From Polyangiaceae bacterium (GTDB taxonomy: Bacteria; Myxococcota_A; Polyangia; Polyangiales; Polyangiaceae), in assembly GCA_044222475.1 (NCBI GenBank), contig JBGANF010000042.1:1-55886 (forward strand): a stretch of 55,886 nt of DNA. Direction: 5' to 3'. Shown here piece after piece: positions 18,946 to 27,817 of this stretch (its first letter is position 1; each line of letters starts with the position of its first letter). The notes under the pieces are model-generated. The model was not told the DNA's origin, did no database searches, and was given only the letters and a program-made list of their open reading frames with translations. The position numbers were made by a program, and so were the translations under genes.

Positions 18946-19170
18946 TCACTTGCGCGCGCGGAGGGCGCGCGCGGCGATGGCGCGGCTCGCTTCGTCGGAG
19001 AGCGGCTCGTCCGCGTCGTGGAGCGCGTCCTTCGTGGCCCCCATCTGGCGGACGTACACCTTGCACGACGGACAGATCGTGAGGTGCGCGCGCAGGAGCA
19101 GGCGCTTGAAGAAGGGCAAGTTGCCCTCTTCCAGCTCGGTCAGTTCGTGCGCAACGCCTCGACAGTTCAT
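18946..19170 (-). CDS. Zinc-binding anti-sigma factor (zf-HC2)
   Basis: MNC...HLTICPSC (HxxxCxxC); overlaps the sigma factor stop. Confidence 0.88.
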   Translation of the reverse strand: MNCRGVAHELTELEEGNLPFFKRLLLRAHLTICPSCKVYVRQMGATKDALHDADEPLSDEASRAIAARALRARK

Positions 19171-19763
19171 GGTTTCTCGCCGAGCTCCTTCTCGATCTTG
19201 GACCTGAGCATGGCCCGCGCGCGGTGAAGGAGCACGCGCTGGTGGGTCTCCTGGATGCCCAGAACGTTACAGACTTCCTTCGCGTCGAGCCCCTCCACGT
19301 CGCGCATGAGGACCACCGCCCGCTGCGCCTCGGGCAAGTGCTCGACTTCTCGTCGCACGATCTCGACGATGCGCTTGGCGTCGATGTCGGACTCGCGCCA
19401 CGGGCGCGGTCCGCCCGCCAGCCAGAAGCCGCCGGACGAGAACCGCGCCTCGTCCGGGTGCTGCTCGTCCTCGACGTCGAACTGGACCTCGCGTCCCTGC
19501 TTCTTGCCGCGTGTTCGCGCCCGGTTGACGAGGATCTGGAAGAGCCAGCTCTTGAACGCCGAGCGCTCCTCGAACGACGCGATGCCGTCGAGGACGGCCA
19601 CCCACGTCTCTTGGGCCACCTCTTCCGCCGCGGCTTCGTCGCGGACGAAGGCGCGGGCGAGCCGTACGAGGGCGCGATGGTGGGTCGCGACGACCTTCGT
19701 GAACGCGGCCTCGTCACCGGCGCGAAGACGGGCGACGAGGTCTTGCTCCGGCGTGGCGGACAT
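19167..19763 (-). CDS. ECF RNA polymerase sigma-70 factor
   Basis: GDEAAF, AEEVAQETW, FEERSAFKSWLFQILVNRA, LPEAQRAVVLMRDVEG, RVLLHRAR. Confidence 0.92.
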   Translation of the reverse strand: MSATPEQDLVARLRAGDEAAFTKVVATHHRALVRLARAFVRDEAAAEEVAQETWVAVLDGIASFEERSAFKSWLFQILVNRARTRGKKQGREVQFDVEDEQHPDEARFSSGGFWLAGGPRPWRESDIDAKRIVEIVRREVEHLPEAQRAVVLMRDVEGLDAKEVCNVLGIQETHQRVLLHRARAMLRSKIEKELGEKP

Positions 19764-19835
19764 GTGGGGAAGGAGGGTACCGGAAAAAATCGTCCGCGGC
19801 CTGTAACGCCGGAGCGGGTCGCGAGACGAATGGGC

Positions 19836-21071
19836 ATGAAGCCCTTCGCCGCCACCGATCAGACGCTCGTCGCCCCCGACTCGCACGCGGTGCTGGCCGC
19901 CACGATCGCGGGAGACGACGGGACGCTCGTGTCCCAGTCGCTGAACGGGACCATCGCCGTGAGTCGCACGACCGTGCTTCCGCGGAGCACGTCCGAATCG
20001 GGCACGCCGGTGCTCGCGTTCGAGACGCGCGATCGCTACGTGACCGAGAAGGTTCTCGGCGAGGGCGGCGTCGGCGAGGTGGTGCGTGCGCTCGATCAGG
20101 ACATCGCGCGCCCGGTGGCGATCAAGCGCATCCGCGCCGCGGTGAAGAGCCCGTCGACGCTGCTGCGCTTCGTCGAAGAGATCCGGACGATCGGCCAGCT
20201 CGAGCACGCGAACATCGTCCCGATCCACGACGTCGGCGTCGACGAGAAGGGCGACTACTACTTCGTGATGAAGTGCGTCGAGGGCGAGACCCTCGAGCAC
20301 GTCATCGAGCGGCTCGCCGCCGGGGACCCGCTGTACCACGCGCGGTACACGTTCGAGCACCGCGTGCGCATCTTCGTCGGCATCCTCGAGGCGATCGCGC
20401 ACGCGCACCAGCGCGGGTTCGTTCACCGCGACATCAAGCCGGCGAACGTGATGGTCGGCCCGCACGGTCAAGTGACGGTGATGGACTGGGGCCTCGCGAA
20501 GCGACGCGGCACTCCGGACACGGCGGCGATGGTCGCGCTTCACGAGGTCGACGGCGGTCGGCTTCACCAGACCGCGGTCGGCTCGATCCTCGGCACGCCG
20601 GCGTACATGTCGCCGGAGCAAGCGCGCGGCGAAGAGGCGACGGAGCAGAGCGACATCTATGCGCTGTGCGTGTTGTTCTACGAGTTTCTCACGCTGCGTC
20701 ACCCGCTCGAGGACTGCACGACGCTCGAAGCGATGCTCGACGGCGTGCAGCACCGCGAGCCGATGATGGCGGGGCGCGTTCCGAGCCAGTGGCAGCGGCC
20801 GGTGCCGATGGATCTCGCGTGGTACCTGAAGGCGGGCCTGGCGAAGAACCCGGCGGAGCGTTTCGTGTCGGTCGAGGCGATGCTCGAGAGGCTCGCGCTG
20901 CGCGCGGAGGGCATCGTGCCGATTCAGTGCCACATGACGTTCGCGAAGCGCGTCACGGGCATCGTGAACCGGACGCTGGATCGGTATCCGATGCAGGTGT
21001 CGATCGCGATGGCGGTGAGCGTGGTGACCTCCGTGGGGTCCGCGGTGTGGATCGCCGCGCACGCCCTGTGA
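19836..21071 (+). CDS. Ser/Thr protein kinase with C-terminal hydrophobic segment
   Basis: LGEGGVGEV, AIKR, HRDIKPAN, DWG, GTPAYMSPE, DIYAL; start 19830 or 19836. Confidence 0.92.
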   Translation: MKPFAATDQTLVAPDSHAVLAATIAGDDGTLVSQSLNGTIAVSRTTVLPRSTSESGTPVLAFETRDRYVTEKVLGEGGVGEVVRALDQDIARPVAIKRIRAAVKSPSTLLRFVEEIRTIGQLEHANIVPIHDVGVDEKGDYYFVMKCVEGETLEHVIERLAAGDPLYHARYTFEHRVRIFVGILEAIAHAHQRGFVHRDIKPANVMVGPHGQVTVMDWGLAKRRGTPDTAAMVALHEVDGGRLHQTAVGSILGTPAYMSPEQARGEEATEQSDIYALCVLFYEFLTLRHPLEDCTTLEAMLDGVQHREPMMAGRVPSQWQRPVPMDLAWYLKAGLAKNPAERFVSVEAMLERLALRAEGIVPIQCHMTFAKRVTGIVNRTLDRYPMQVSIAMAVSVVTSVGSAVWIAAHAL

Positions 21072-21491
21072 TCAGAGGAGAGGACCGAGGCCCAGCTGGC
21101 GGCGCATGCGGTCGATCGCGGCGCGGAGCGCCGCTCGTTCGGATTTCGGCACGTCGAGGAACGCTGCCGCGTCGTCGAAAGCTTTTGGGCTGAAGGCTCT
21201 CGTGTCGATGCCGGGGTTGAACCAGCGGATCGCGGTGATTGCGCCTCGCACCACGGCGGACTCGGTCAGGATCGCGCCGCGCTGCGGGCGCTTGCCGATG
21301 CGGTCCGCGAGGCGCTGTCGCTGCGCCGCGTTCGGGGAGCCGCCATCCGCGGAGACGAGCACGCGGATGAGCGGGTACTCGTTCGCGACCATGCGATCGA
21401 GCATCGCGTTCCACTCCGGGTCGGCTGGCGCGCCGGAGACGACCTGAACGAACACCGTGCCGATGTCCTCGTAGAGTAGCGACTTCGCCAT
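21072..21491 (-). CDS. Small STAS/SEC14-like protein (myxobacterial family)
   Basis: GGSPNAAQRQRL...SAVVRGAITAIRWF...RAF pattern. Confidence 0.6.
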   Translation of the reverse strand: MAKSLLYEDIGTVFVQVVSGAPADPEWNAMLDRMVANEYPLIRVLVSADGGSPNAAQRQRLADRIGKRPQRGAILTESAVVRGAITAIRWFNPGIDTRAFSPKAFDDAAAFLDVPKSERAALRAAIDRMRRQLGLGPLL

Positions 21492-21574
21492 CGCGGCAGC
21501 GTACCGCAGGGTCTGCGCGTTCGTCACGCATTGGGGCTCGCCGGTGGTAGCGTGACGATGTGTCTCCCGCGCGG

Positions 21575-22897
21575 ATGAGCCTCTGGGGTGGTGCGGCGCT
21601 GGTCCTCGCGATGCGGCTGTTCGCGTGCGGGGGTGACCCGACCGACCCCGGTCCGGCGGACGCCTCCACCGACGTCGGCAGCGACGCGGATCCGGCGGCG
21701 CTGCGCGCGGCATGCGCGTTCGAGCCCGGTGCCCTTCCTCGGTCGACCCTCGGTGGCGTGCCCGCGACGATCCCGATCGAGCACGTGATCGTCCTCATGC
21801 AGGAGAACCGCTCGTTCGATCACTACCTCGGTCGCCACCCAAAGACGATCGATGGGACGATGGACGGCTTCCCGGCCGGGTACACCAACCCCGTCGACGG
21901 GGGCGCGCCTCGAGCGCCGGTTCACGCGACGACGACCTGCCTGTCGCCCGACCCGCCGCACGATTGGGACGCGACGCACCGCGCGTGGAACGGCGGCGCG
22001 ATGAACGGATTCTACGCCGAAGGCGAGCTCCTGGCGCCCGGCGGCGGGAAGACCGCGCTGTCGTACTACGCGCCCGACGACATCCCGTTCTACACGTGGC
22101 TCTACGGGACGTTCGCGTCGAGCGATCGGTTCTTCTGCTCCACGCTCGGACCGACGGCTCCGAATCGCAAGTACCTGATCACGGCGACGAGCAACGGCAC
22201 GAAGGCGGCCCAAGAGCCGGTCGTCGGAGTCCAGCGATCGATCTACGACGCGCTCCGCGACGCCAAGGTTTCCTACCTCGTCTACAACCCCGAGCTCTAC
22301 GACGTGCCTTCAGCGGGTGCGTCTGCGGTGCGCACGCTCGGCGATTTCTTCACCGACCTCGCGAGCGGGTCACTGCCGACGGTCGCGTTTCTCAACGCCG
22401 CGTTCGCCAACTCCGAGCATCCGCCGCGCGACATCCACGGCGGCGAAGTGTTCGTCCGCGACGTCGTGGTGGCGCTCGGCAAGAGCCCGGCTTGGTCGAC
22501 GTCGGCGCTGATCCTCACGTACGACGAGGCCGGCGGGTTCTTCGACCACGTCCCGCCGCCCGCGGCGTGCCCGCCGGACGGCCTGCCGGAGAACGCCGAG
22601 TTCGATCGGCTCGGCATCCGCGTGCCGTTCGTCGTGGTGTCGCCGTACGCGCGGCGCGCGTTCGTCTCGCACGAGACGCATAGCCACACGTCGATCACCC
22701 GCTTCATCGAGCTGCTCGCCGGCGTGGGAGCGCTGACGAAGCGTGACGCCAACAGCGACGCGCTGCTGGACCTGTTCGACTTCGGCGCCGGGCCGACCGC
22801 GATGCCGGACGAAGGGTCGATCCCGATGGCCGGGCCTTCCACGTGTGGAACCGCCGACGCGGGGACCGACGCCGCGACCGACGCGCCCGCGGATTGA
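21575..22897 (+). CDS. Phosphoesterase / phospholipase C-family lipoprotein
   Basis: Lipobox LFAC; IEHVIVLMQENRSFDHY, DPPH, GPTAPNR, SEHPP, TYDEAGGFFDHV, LGIRVP, HTSI. Confidence 0.9.
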   Translation: MSLWGGAALVLAMRLFACGGDPTDPGPADASTDVGSDADPAALRAACAFEPGALPRSTLGGVPATIPIEHVIVLMQENRSFDHYLGRHPKTIDGTMDGFPAGYTNPVDGGAPRAPVHATTTCLSPDPPHDWDATHRAWNGGAMNGFYAEGELLAPGGGKTALSYYAPDDIPFYTWLYGTFASSDRFFCSTLGPTAPNRKYLITATSNGTKAAQEPVVGVQRSIYDALRDAKVSYLVYNPELYDVPSAGASAVRTLGDFFTDLASGSLPTVAFLNAAFANSEHPPRDIHGGEVFVRDVVVALGKSPAWSTSALILTYDEAGGFFDHVPPPAACPPDGLPENAEFDRLGIRVPFVVVSPYARRAFVSHETHSHTSITRFIELLAGVGALTKRDANSDALLDLFDFGAGPTAMPDEGSIPMAGPSTCGTADAGTDAATDAPAD

Positions 22898-22910
22898 TCG
22901 AAGGAATGCG

Positions 22911-23846
22911 ATGATTGCTCCGCGAATGAAGCTCCTCTCGGCGTCCGAGCGCGCGCGTGCATCCCTCGAAGGTCTCTCCGTCGGAGACGCCTTCGGGCAA
23001 CGGTTCTTCATCCACGAAGCTCACGCGGAGCGGCTCATCGAAGCGCGCGCGGTTCCCTCGTCGCCTTGGTATTGGACCGACGACACCGCCATGGCGCTCG
23101 CGATCGTCGACGGGCTCGAGCGGCACGGTCACATCGACCGCGACGCGCTCGCGCGCGCGTTTGCCGAACGCTACACCCGCGATCCTCGACGTGGATACGG
23201 CGGTACTGCGCACGGAATCCTCCGCGCGATTTCCGAAGGTCTCCCGTGGGCCGACGCTGCCGGGTCCGTCTTCGGTGGCCAGGGATCCCTGGGAAACGGA
23301 AGCGCCATGCGCGTCGCGCCAATCGGTGCGTGGTTCCACGACGATCTCGACGCGGTCGCTCGCGAGGCCGTTCATTCGGCCGTCCCCACCCATGCCCACG
23401 CCGACGCGCACGCCGGCGCGATTGCGGTCGCGATCGGTGCGGCGCTGGCATCACACGTGGAGATCGACGGCGTTGCGTGGCTCCACGCGATCGCGGCACG
23501 CACTCCAACGAGCGCTACGCGCGACGGAATCGAGCACGCGGCGAAGCTCGGCGTGCACGTCGACGTCCGAACGGCGGTCGCGGCACTGGGCAACGGGAGC
23601 CAAATCCTCTGCGCCGACACCGTGCCGTTCGCGCTCTGGTGCGCCGCGCGCCACCTCGACGACTTCGAGACGGCGATGTGGACCACCGTCTCCGGCCTAG
23701 GGGATCGCGACACGACGTGTGCCATCGTCGGTGGGATCGTCGCGTGCCGCGTCGGCGTCGACGGAATCCCCTCGGCGTTCCGCGAAGCGCGGGAACCGCT
23801 GGATTCGACGCTTTCCGATGCCGAGCGCACCTACGAGCTCGGGTGA
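22911..23846 (+). CDS. ADP-ribosylglycohydrolase family protein
   Basis: GLSVGDAFG, WTDDT, GNGSAMRVAP, GDRDT; start 22911 or 22926. Confidence 0.9.
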   Translation: MIAPRMKLLSASERARASLEGLSVGDAFGQRFFIHEAHAERLIEARAVPSSPWYWTDDTAMALAIVDGLERHGHIDRDALARAFAERYTRDPRRGYGGTAHGILRAISEGLPWADAAGSVFGGQGSLGNGSAMRVAPIGAWFHDDLDAVAREAVHSAVPTHAHADAHAGAIAVAIGAALASHVEIDGVAWLHAIAARTPTSATRDGIEHAAKLGVHVDVRTAVAALGNGSQILCADTVPFALWCAARHLDDFETAMWTTVSGLGDRDTTCAIVGGIVACRVGVDGIPSAFREAREPLDSTLSDAERTYELG

Positions 23847-24356
23847 CTATTCCTCCAACGGAAACGGCCTCTTCATCCACGCCTCGAAGTGATGCTTGCG
23901 GCAGTGAATGCTGTGCGTGATCGTCTTCCGCGCACAGCCCGGTTCGCGACACGGATCGCCCACCTCCGGCCCGAGTGAGTCGATGAACTCGCGCTCGCGG
24001 TCGAGCGCCCACTGATTCCTCTCCGCCTCTCGCTCCGGCGTCATGACGAAGCCGTTCCCCGGTTTCCACGGTTGGGACTCGAGCGTCGCCGCATCGCCAT
24101 GGACCAAGGCTAGCCAGAGCTCCAGCGCCCGCTCTCTCGTGATCCCAATCAGGGACACGACGGGTCGTCGTTGCTCGCGGCTGTAGACGAGTCGGCCATC
24201 GCCGTTCCACTCGAGCGATGCACCGCCGTGCACCGAGAGCCACGCCGCACCGTGTTCTTCGTCCTTCTCGTCGATGGCGGCGAGGAAGGCGCGCATCTCG
24301 CTCTCGGTGGGATCGTCGAGAGAATCCCCCATGCCGTTCGCTACGTGGTAGCGCAT
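23847..24356 (-). CDS. Hypothetical protein with C-terminal Cys/His cluster
   Basis: 169-aa ORF with globular composition; tail CREPGC-x10-CRKHH. Confidence 0.7.
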   Translation of the reverse strand: MRYHVANGMGDSLDDPTESEMRAFLAAIDEKDEEHGAAWLSVHGGASLEWNGDGRLVYSREQRRPVVSLIGITRERALELWLALVHGDAATLESQPWKPGNGFVMTPEREAERNQWALDREREFIDSLGPEVGDPCREPGCARKTITHSIHCRKHHFEAWMKRPFPLEE

Positions 24357-24395
24357 GCTGCGAGTATGCAGCGCGCACGCCCTCGCGGCGAGCGT

Positions 24396-24614
24396 CTACT
24401 TCAGGGGCGCGACGCCGGAGGGCAGCGGCGCCTGGTTCGTCACCGGCGTGCAGCTGGCGTTGCAGTTCGGGTCGTTCCCACATTGCTCGGCGCAGGGCAC
24501 CGTGGAGTAGCTCGGCTGTCGCGGTGGACCGGACGATTTCCGACTCGAGCTGCACGCCACGAGTCCGAGAGCGACGGCAACGACGAGCGCGCGACGGGCG
24601 ACCATGGGCGTCAT
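24396..24614 (-). CDS. Small Cys-containing lipoprotein
   Basis: Lipobox LVAC; CAEQCGNDPNCNASC. Confidence 0.65.
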   Translation of the reverse strand: MTPMVARRALVVAVALGLVACSSSRKSSGPPRQPSYSTVPCAEQCGNDPNCNASCTPVTNQAPLPSGVAPLK

Positions 24615-24633
24615 CGTAACACCCGCTCCGACC

Positions 24634-26601
24634 TCACGGATCGTTCGGGAATGCGTGCTCCGCTCCGGTGATCTCGTCGTCTCCGCCGCCGCCGTAGACC
24701 CAGTCTTCTCCGAGCAACCCCCACAGCGTGTCCTTCCCGGCCAGACCGTGGATGTGATCGTCGCCCTCGCGGCCCCAGATCACGTTCGCGCGATCGTTGC
24801 CCCAGAGCTCGTCGTCTCCGTCGGCCGCTTCGAGGATCTCGAGATCGTCGCCCGGATCGAACCGCGTCGCGAAGCTCACGTCGCAGAGCTGCGGGTTGAA
24901 CGCCTTGCCGGCGAAGTTCTTCTTCACCGATGCGTTGCCAGCGAGCTGCGCCCATAGATCGAAGCGACCGCTGCGCGCGAACCCCGCGATGTCCTTCCCG
25001 CCGCCGCCGGAGTTGAAGTGCGCCCCGCACGGGTAGTCGGTCACGAGCTGATCGTCGCCCGGGCCACCGTAGAGGTGGTCCGGCCCGTCGGCGTACTTCG
25101 CGCCGATGGGTTTGTCCTCGGTGCAGCGCGGGTTCTTCGCCTGCTGCGCCTTGGTCAGGTTGCTGCAGTCCATCGCCGCCCACTTGCGGCTCTCGCTGAG
25201 CAGCGCATCGCCGCCGCCCTTTCCGTAGAGCCAGTCCACTCCGGTCGGGCCGGTGAAGAAGACGTCCTGCTCGTCGCCGCCGAACAGTTTGTCGTCGTCG
25301 TCGCCGCCGCTCGCGTGCACGGTGACGTCGCGATTGAACGCGTCCGCTCCGGGTACGTCGTCGCCGAACGTCGCCACGTCCTCGCCCATGAACGCGCCGA
25401 CCCAGCGCAGCGTGTGCGCGATCGGACAGGTCACCGTGTCCCCCGCGAGAGCACACGGCACCGTCGTCGCGAGCGGCGTCCCGCCCTTCGCGTGCACCAC
25501 GAGGTGGTGGTTCTTCACGTAGATCTCGAGCGCGTCGTCCTGGTCGCGCCCGATCACCACGAGGCCGGTGTCGCGCGGGGTCTCGTCGATCGCGACCATC
25601 ACCGCCGCCGGGTTGGGCGCGCCCTTGCCGCAGGGCACGCCGTCGCAGCGATCGTCGCCGTAGCCGCCGATGAACTTCGGCGCCTCGCCGCCCTTGATGA
25701 AGACGTCGTCGTACGGGGAGCCGAGCACGGTCTCGATCGAGTCGAGCGGCTCGTTCCCGCCGTCGCCGTTGGCGCAGCCGTCGTGCTGCTTTCGGCCGTT
25801 GAAGTACTTCAGGTCGAAGCCCTGGTCCTCGCAGCGACCGTTGGGGCCGAAGTCGATCTTCACGCCGTGGATCGCGTTCGGCGGGCCGTTCACCTTCTCG
25901 CCTTGGCCGGGCGGCATCGCGGTGACGAAGCTCGCGACGTCCTTGCCGGGGCCGCCGATGAACGCGTCGTTGCCGGTGTCCCCGCGCAGGTAGTCGTTGC
26001 CAGGGCCGCCCATCAGGAGATCCGTGCCGTGGCCGCCGATGAGGAGGTCATCGCCTTCTTCGCCGAAGATGTCGTCGTCGAGGATGTCACCCAGCAGGAT
26101 GTCGTCGTCGGGGCCGCCGAAGATCGTGTCGCTGCCGCCGCGACCGTGGATCAGGTCCTTGCCGCCGTCGCCGAAGAGGTGGTCGTTGTCGCCGCCGCCG
26201 TCGATGTAGTCGGGGCCGTCGTTGCCGTCGTTGCTCGGGTTGCCGTCGTCGCGGTTGTCGCCGTGCACGTAATCCTCGCCGTAGCCGGCGCAGATGAAGT
26301 CGCCGCCGGCGCCGCCCCAGATGTGGTCAGCTTCGTCGGTGCCGACGATCACGTCGCGGCCGGGGGTGCCGTGGATGACGTGCTGGTCCGGCTTGGCGAC
26401 GATCAGGTGGTAGCCATGATCGTTCGCGAACTTCGCCGGGTTCTCGCAGGGGTCCTCGTCCCAATTTGGGACGCCGGCCCCAGCGCCGTTGCTGAGCGCG
26501 TTCAGCGCGTCTTCGGATTCGGCGAGGTCTTCGGCTCCGCCGCTGCAGGCACCGAGGAGGGCCACGACGCCGACCACTGCGGCGAGCTCGAGGATTCGCA
26601 T
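24634..26601 (-). CDS. Calcium-binding RTX/hemolysin-type repeat lipoprotein
   Basis: Lipobox LGAC; many GGxGxDxLx nonapeptides in N- and C-terminal blocks. Confidence 0.88.
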   Translation of the reverse strand: MRILELAAVVGVVALLGACSGGAEDLAESEDALNALSNGAGAGVPNWDEDPCENPAKFANDHGYHLIVAKPDQHVIHGTPGRDVIVGTDEADHIWGGAGGDFICAGYGEDYVHGDNRDDGNPSNDGNDGPDYIDGGGDNDHLFGDGGKDLIHGRGGSDTIFGGPDDDILLGDILDDDIFGEEGDDLLIGGHGTDLLMGGPGNDYLRGDTGNDAFIGGPGKDVASFVTAMPPGQGEKVNGPPNAIHGVKIDFGPNGRCEDQGFDLKYFNGRKQHDGCANGDGGNEPLDSIETVLGSPYDDVFIKGGEAPKFIGGYGDDRCDGVPCGKGAPNPAAVMVAIDETPRDTGLVVIGRDQDDALEIYVKNHHLVVHAKGGTPLATTVPCALAGDTVTCPIAHTLRWVGAFMGEDVATFGDDVPGADAFNRDVTVHASGGDDDDKLFGGDEQDVFFTGPTGVDWLYGKGGGDALLSESRKWAAMDCSNLTKAQQAKNPRCTEDKPIGAKYADGPDHLYGGPGDDQLVTDYPCGAHFNSGGGGKDIAGFARSGRFDLWAQLAGNASVKKNFAGKAFNPQLCDVSFATRFDPGDDLEILEAADGDDELWGNDRANVIWGREGDDHIHGLAGKDTLWGLLGEDWVYGGGGDDEITGAEHAFPNDP

Positions 26602-26891
26602 GACCGTGCAGAGTGCACCCGACGTGCCATGGAGAAATCCGCTGGATTTGCTCCGCCCGAGCGGATCGACTCCATCTCGATCCGCTCGCCCGATCCAGTG
26701 CGGGCATGTCGCACCCCCCGGACGAGCTCGCGAACGGCCGCGATGCGGAGGCCGACAAGAACGGGTCCAGCGCGCCTCGCGCGCGCCTCGCCACTCACGC
26801 CGCGCGCGTGAACGACGGGACACTGTGAGCGCAGTCGTTCGGCAAAGACCCTTCCCCGAGGAGGGCACGGTGATTGCTTTTCGCCGCCCGC

Positions 26892-27212
26892 ATGAGGCCG
26901 ACCGCCACGCTCCTTCTCCTCCCCTTCCTCGGGCTCGCGGCCTGCTCGCTCGCTGGGGACTACGAAACCGTCGTCGCCAAGGCGGCCACCCCGCGCTCGG
27001 CGACGGGCCAGTTCACGATCCGGCGGGTGAACGATTGGACGTTCGCCGTGAAGGAGGGCCCGCATGAGACGTTCTATTCGTGCGACGCCACCGCGACGCC
27101 CTCGGAGGTGACGCGCTGTTGCTACACCGTCGAGAACGAAGCCGTCGCCACCGCGGTCGTCCATCCGTCGGGTCCGACCGACGGCTCGGAGAAGGTATGC
27201 GAGGTCTTCTGA
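26892..27212 (+). CDS. Small lipoprotein, unknown function
   Basis: MRPTATLLLLPFLGLAAC lipobox; four further Cys. Confidence 0.6.
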   Translation: MRPTATLLLLPFLGLAACSLAGDYETVVAKAATPRSATGQFTIRRVNDWTFAVKEGPHETFYSCDATATPSEVTRCCYTVENEAVATAVVHPSGPTDGSEKVCEVF

Positions 27213-27487
27213 CGACCGCATCGGTCATCGCCTTCTGCGCGTCGGTAGCCTTCTTGGCCCTCGCATGCCTTGGTGGTTGGGAGTGGTGCAGCGAGTACTC
27301 GATGGGCCACCCCGGTACGCCGCCGGAGGGACTCGAGAAGGGCAGCTGGGGTGGCGCCGCAGCGGACGGCATCCGTCTCTCCCACTCGTTCTTTGCGATC
27401 TGGGTCTTCGGCGCCATCGCCGCGGCGCTGTTCATGGCGTTCGGCGGTGCGATGGCGCTCCGCGGGGTTCGCCGTGCCCGGGCCTAG
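27197..27487 (+). CDS. Small two-TM membrane protein
   Basis: Two hydrophobic segments; overlaps the upstream lipoprotein gene. Confidence 0.5.
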   Translation: MRGLLTTASVIAFCASVAFLALACLGGWEWCSEYSMGHPGTPPEGLEKGSWGGAAADGIRLSHSFFAIWVFGAIAAALFMAFGGAMALRGVRRARA

Positions 27488-27508
27488 GACCGCGTCTGGT
27501 TTCCTCGG

Positions 27509-27580
27509 AGGTGCGGATGGGATTTGAACCCACGTATGTCGGTTTTGCAAACCGATGCCTAACCACTTGGCTACCGCACC
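27509..27580 (-). tRNA. tRNA-Cys (GCA)
   Basis: Reverse complement GGTGCGGTAGCCAAGTGGTTAGGCATCGGTTTGCAAAACCGACATACGTGGGTTCAAATCCCATCCGCACCT: acceptor stem GGTGCGG/CCGCACC, anticodon loop TTGCAAA, T-loop TTCAAAT, U discriminator; followed by CCG, not CCA. Confidence 0.95.
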
Positions 27581-27611
27581 ACGTATCGCTCGCGAGATCT
27601 CGAAACACCGA

Positions 27612-27640
27612 CGTTTATCCGGACGTGGTCCTGAGGGCAA
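27612..27640 (-). promoter_or_regulatory. Possible sigma70 promoter for tRNA-Cys
   Basis: Minus strand TTGCCC-N17-TAAACG about 30 nt upstream of the tRNA. Confidence 0.35.
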
Positions 27641-27657
27641 GGCTTACGAAATCGGTG

Positions 27658-27817
27658 CTCCCCCGTACACGTGAACGTGAACGTGCCCGTGCCCGAAGAA
27701 AGACGCTGCCAGTCTCGCCCGGCTCTCTCCCTCACGTTGCCCGTGGTCGAAGATCGCGAGTCTGCCAGCGATGTCGATCGGGCACGGGCACGGGCACGGG
27801 CACGTTCACGGGGAGAG
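27658..27817. repeat. Inverted pair of hexamer arrays (GTGCCC/GTGAAC), REP-like
   Basis: CCCCGTACACGTGAACGTGAACGTGCCCGTGCCCGA (27661-27696) versus TCGGGCACGGGCACGGGCACGGGCACGTTCACGGGGAG (27778-27815). Confidence 0.85.

Noticed and set aside
19167..21062. 631-aa ORF suggesting an extended sigma factor
   Set aside because: The N-terminal part is the antisense of the kinase gene; the sigma factor starts at 19763
27509..27580. tRNA as a prophage or island integration site
   Set aside because: No integrase and no direct repeat of the tRNA 3' end seen in the window
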